From positions 16,554,001 through 16,618,000 of the forward strand of contig NC_090362.1 in the NCBI RefSeq assembly GCF_035084215.1: a DNA stretch of 64,000 nucleotides, read 5' to 3'. The notes under the pieces were generated by a model, which had not been told where the DNA came from, ran no database searches, and saw nothing but the letters and a program-made list of their open reading frames with translations. Of this stretch, positions 60,947 through 64,000 are shown one piece after another; within the stretch, counting starts at the first letter, position 1, and every line of letters begins with the position of its first letter. The stretch is from Heptranchias perlo. Its lineage: Eukaryota. Both the position numbers and the translations under genes were made by a program.

Positions 60947-61358
60947 CTACAACAAACAACAACAACTTGCATTTATATAGTGCCTTTAATACAGTAAAAC
61001 ATCCCAAGGCGCTTCACAGGAGTGATTATCAAACAAAATTTTTCATCGAGCCACATAAGCAGGTATTAGGACAGATGACCAAACACTTGGTCAAAGAGGT
61101 AGGTTTTAAGGAAGGTCTTAAAGGAGGAGAGAGAGGTAGAGAGATGGAGAGGTTGGAGGGAATTCCAGAGCTTAGGGCCTAGGCAGCTGAAGACACGGCC
61201 GCCAATGGTGGAGCGATTAAAATCGGGGATGCGCAAGAGGCAAGAACTGGAGGCGCGCAGAGATCTCGGAGGGTTGTCGGCCTGGAGGAGGTTACAGAGA
61301 TAGGGAGGGGCGAGGCCACGGAGGGATTTGAAAACAAGGATGAGAACTTTAAAATCGA
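60947..61358 (-). mobile_element. L2 3' fragment
   Basis: Same family as 2207-2590. Confidence 0.85.
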
Positions 61359-63295
61359 GCTAGCTTCCATTAATAGAACCTCTCCAGGATACTCCTGAAA
61401 TATCAGTCTCCATGAATGCATTTACAATACAGTACTACGGTTATAGTGTACCTGCAGCCTCAATGCAGTGTCAGGGCTCAATCTGACACTGAAACAAAGC
61501 AGAGTGATATTCCCTGGCAGAGAGAGTCACACTCTACTTTGGAGTCAGTGGAAATCTTTACACCTCATTTACATTACCATAGAAACATAAGTAGCTCTTT
61601 GAGCCTGTTCTGACAGTCAATTAGATCATGGCTGTTCTTCATCGTAGATGTGCAAGAATTTTGCCCACTCAATTAATCTATCAATGTCCCTTTGCAACTT
61701 TCTGCTCCCATCTACACTACTTACTGTGCCCAACTGTACTTAATGTCGTCAGCAAACTTGGATATATGGCTCTCTATTCCTTCATCTAAGTCATTGATAA
61801 ATATAATGAAAAGCTGAGGCCCCAGTACAGATCCCTGGGGGATACCACTAGTCACATCCTGCCAATTGGAGTACAATTAGCACAGTACAAAGCCCAAATT
61901 GGTTTCTTCAACCCTAAACTTGTAGTGCGACTGCACTGTAGAATAACTTAAAACGGAGTTTGCCATTGCTTATTAGTCATATTCCACTAAATTTTCTGGA
62001 TTTTCTTCCTTCACTTTTCAACTTCACTTAGAATTTATATTATGTTTACAGTTCCTGCATCAAAGACAAAATAATTTGCCTTTCAATAGTGAGGTGTCTG
62101 AGTATTTAAAAATCTATTAAATGCTCACATCTTAGCTTGTGCCCACCTGTACTTAAGCACTTTGGGCTTAGGTAAGTGGGGTTGCGTCCCTACAGAAAGA
62201 GATAGACTATCGTTTCCAATGTGGGACCCACCTCCAAAATGGACAGTGAGATTAAGGAGGCAGAAGAAATAACACAAGTAAACATATTTAAAGGATTTTT
62301 CTGGAGAAAAAAAAGGTGGTAGGAATTTTAACATAGATTTTATTAAAATAATGGAGTAAAAGTAAAATAAAATAAAAAAATATATGAGAGTGAACAAAGG
62401 AGAGAATTGGGGAAGGAATGCCAGGCAAGCAGAAATGCTTTCTCAAATATTTGTTTCTGTCGCGTAGAATTAACCCTTGCTGTTGGCTTGTTGGGATGCA
62501 AGCTCACTGTCTGGGCCGCCAACAAGATGCACCAATGGTACTCTGACATGAGAAAGTCACGTCAACGATCAATGTGTTCACTTCATAACATGACCAGGTC
62601 AATCTTCACACCTCGAGGCGTCAACTGTTTCAGGATGGTGGCCAGAATCAGGGACCAATATTCTGCTATGGTGCTCTCACCTGCAAAAATGCATAGTGGA
62701 GATATGGGCCTGTTTGCAGTCCTCCTGGGGGAGGTGGGTTGATGTTCTTGCTGTAGACCCTTTGTCAGAACTCTGGCAGTGTAGGGGGAGGATAGCTGCA
62801 TCCCTGACGTCGATTCTTTAATGTGAACCTGCCTGAGATAATCTTTTATGTCATCTAACAATCTCCTGCTTTTCTTTTAAGCTATGTCGCAGGTCATTCA
62901 ACCCCTTAACTTCCTGTGATTGGAGTATCTGTTTATTTTCTCAACTCCTCCTCCACTTTATTCGAATTCTAATACGCCCGTTCATCTTTCATTTTCCAGT
63001 TGTGTCCAAAATGTTAACGTTTTCTCTCATTATAAATGCTGTCTGACATGCTGTGTATTTCCAGCATTTTTTGTGTCAGAATATCCAGCATTTGCAGTTA
63101 AATGGTTGTATTTAATACACCTCAAAAATTAATTGCTTTGTGATGTCGCTTTAGCATTGTGATGTCATACGATTTAAAATATCTTTTATTTTCTTGGGAT
63201 TTTTTTCCTTCACAAAACTATGGGAAATGTTCCTAATGAAAACAAGGAGCTGACTACCGATTTTGAAATTATAATGATGCTTAATAGGTAAAAGA

Positions 63296-63530
63296 ACCAG
63301 GGGCTGAGATGAGGAGAATTTTTTTAAAATGCGGCGAGTTATGATGATCTGGAATGCACTCCCTAAAAGGGTGTTGGAAGCAGATTCAATCTTAACTTTC
63401 AGCAGGGAATTGGATATATACTTGAAAGGGAAAGAGCAGGGGGAGTGGGACTAATTGGATAGCTCTTTCAAAGAGCGGGCAAAGGCACGATGGGCCAAAT
63501 GGCCTCCTTCTGTGCTGTAAGATTCTATGA
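63296..63530 (+). mobile_element. CR1 3' fragment
   Basis: GGATAGCTCTTTCAAAGAGC..GGGCCAAATGGCCTCCTTCTGTGCTG..ATTCTATG; relatives near 13760, 23490, 34290, 40480. Confidence 0.8.
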
Positions 63531-64000
63531 ATGTGATACATTAGTGGATGAATGCTTAGCTTGTTCATTTGACATCACTCTGTCTGCTGTTTTAATGGAG
63601 ACGTAAACTCCTTTAAAATGAACAGGTTAATGTCTCTGTTAAAATAGCAGACAGAAGAATGTCAAATGAAACCAACAGGCCCTGGTCTGCTGATATCACC
63701 AGCTGTCATCTTCAGGGCATTGTTTTGACACAGTGACAGGACTATTTACTTAGTGGGAGGAAAAGGCAAATATATCCACTTCATAGCAACTAAAAAATAA
63801 AGTAACTTCACATATGGTTCAGGATTCTGTGTGTAGGGAGGGAGAAGAGGGTATATGGCAGAGGAGACAATAGACATTGTCTTCCTTCTGCTCAAATCAT
63901 CTTAGCTTTTGACATTGCTCAGGACAATTGATACATTGGCCCCGATATTACCAGGGAGGCGGGATGGCAGCAGGAGGAGGCGACTGGGTGCGTGGGTAAC

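Noticed and set aside
62343-62861. ORFs where TERB2 or a second SORD might be expected from synteny
   Set aside because: Translations resemble neither protein and contain stops; left unassigned.
1-64000. CRISPR arrays, operons or prokaryotic defence systems
   Set aside because: The sequence is intron-rich vertebrate DNA with no regularly spaced repeat-spacer array or bacterial-type genes.

Overview
Eukaryotic genomic DNA from a vertebrate, most likely a shark, judged from the repeat landscape: SacSINE1/Deu-type SINEs, CR1 and L2 LINE tails, Penelope hammerheads and Harbinger MITEs. Three spliced genes can be rebuilt exon by exon with canonical GT-AG sites and continuous phase. (1) The 5' part of a dual oxidase (DUOX, minus strand, 10 coding exons, running off the left edge). 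(2) Its head-to-head partner, a dual oxidase maturation factor (DUOXA, plus strand, 7 coding exons, about 328 aa), sharing a roughly 400-bp bidirectional promoter. (3) A complete 9-exon sorbitol-dehydrogenase gene (SORD-like, minus strand, 379 aa). The SORD-like gene is the most unusual item. It keeps the catalytic Zn and NAD motifs, but most polyol-pocket residues are replaced, it carries 26 Cys, it has gained a 32-aa Gln/Cys/Pro/Ser tail, and it lies behind paired RFX X-boxes and CRE half-sites. This suggests a repurposed, cross-linkable (possibly sperm-flagellar) enzyme or structural protein. Other notable items are an 862-bp foldback element with LTR-like arms, TG..CA ends and a 4-bp TSD; a perfect 55-bp hairpin in DUOX intron 1; Penelope-type hammerhead ribozymes; and several nested transposon insertions. 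All alignments were made by eye and reference-protein comparisons are from memory. Repeat boundaries are approximate.
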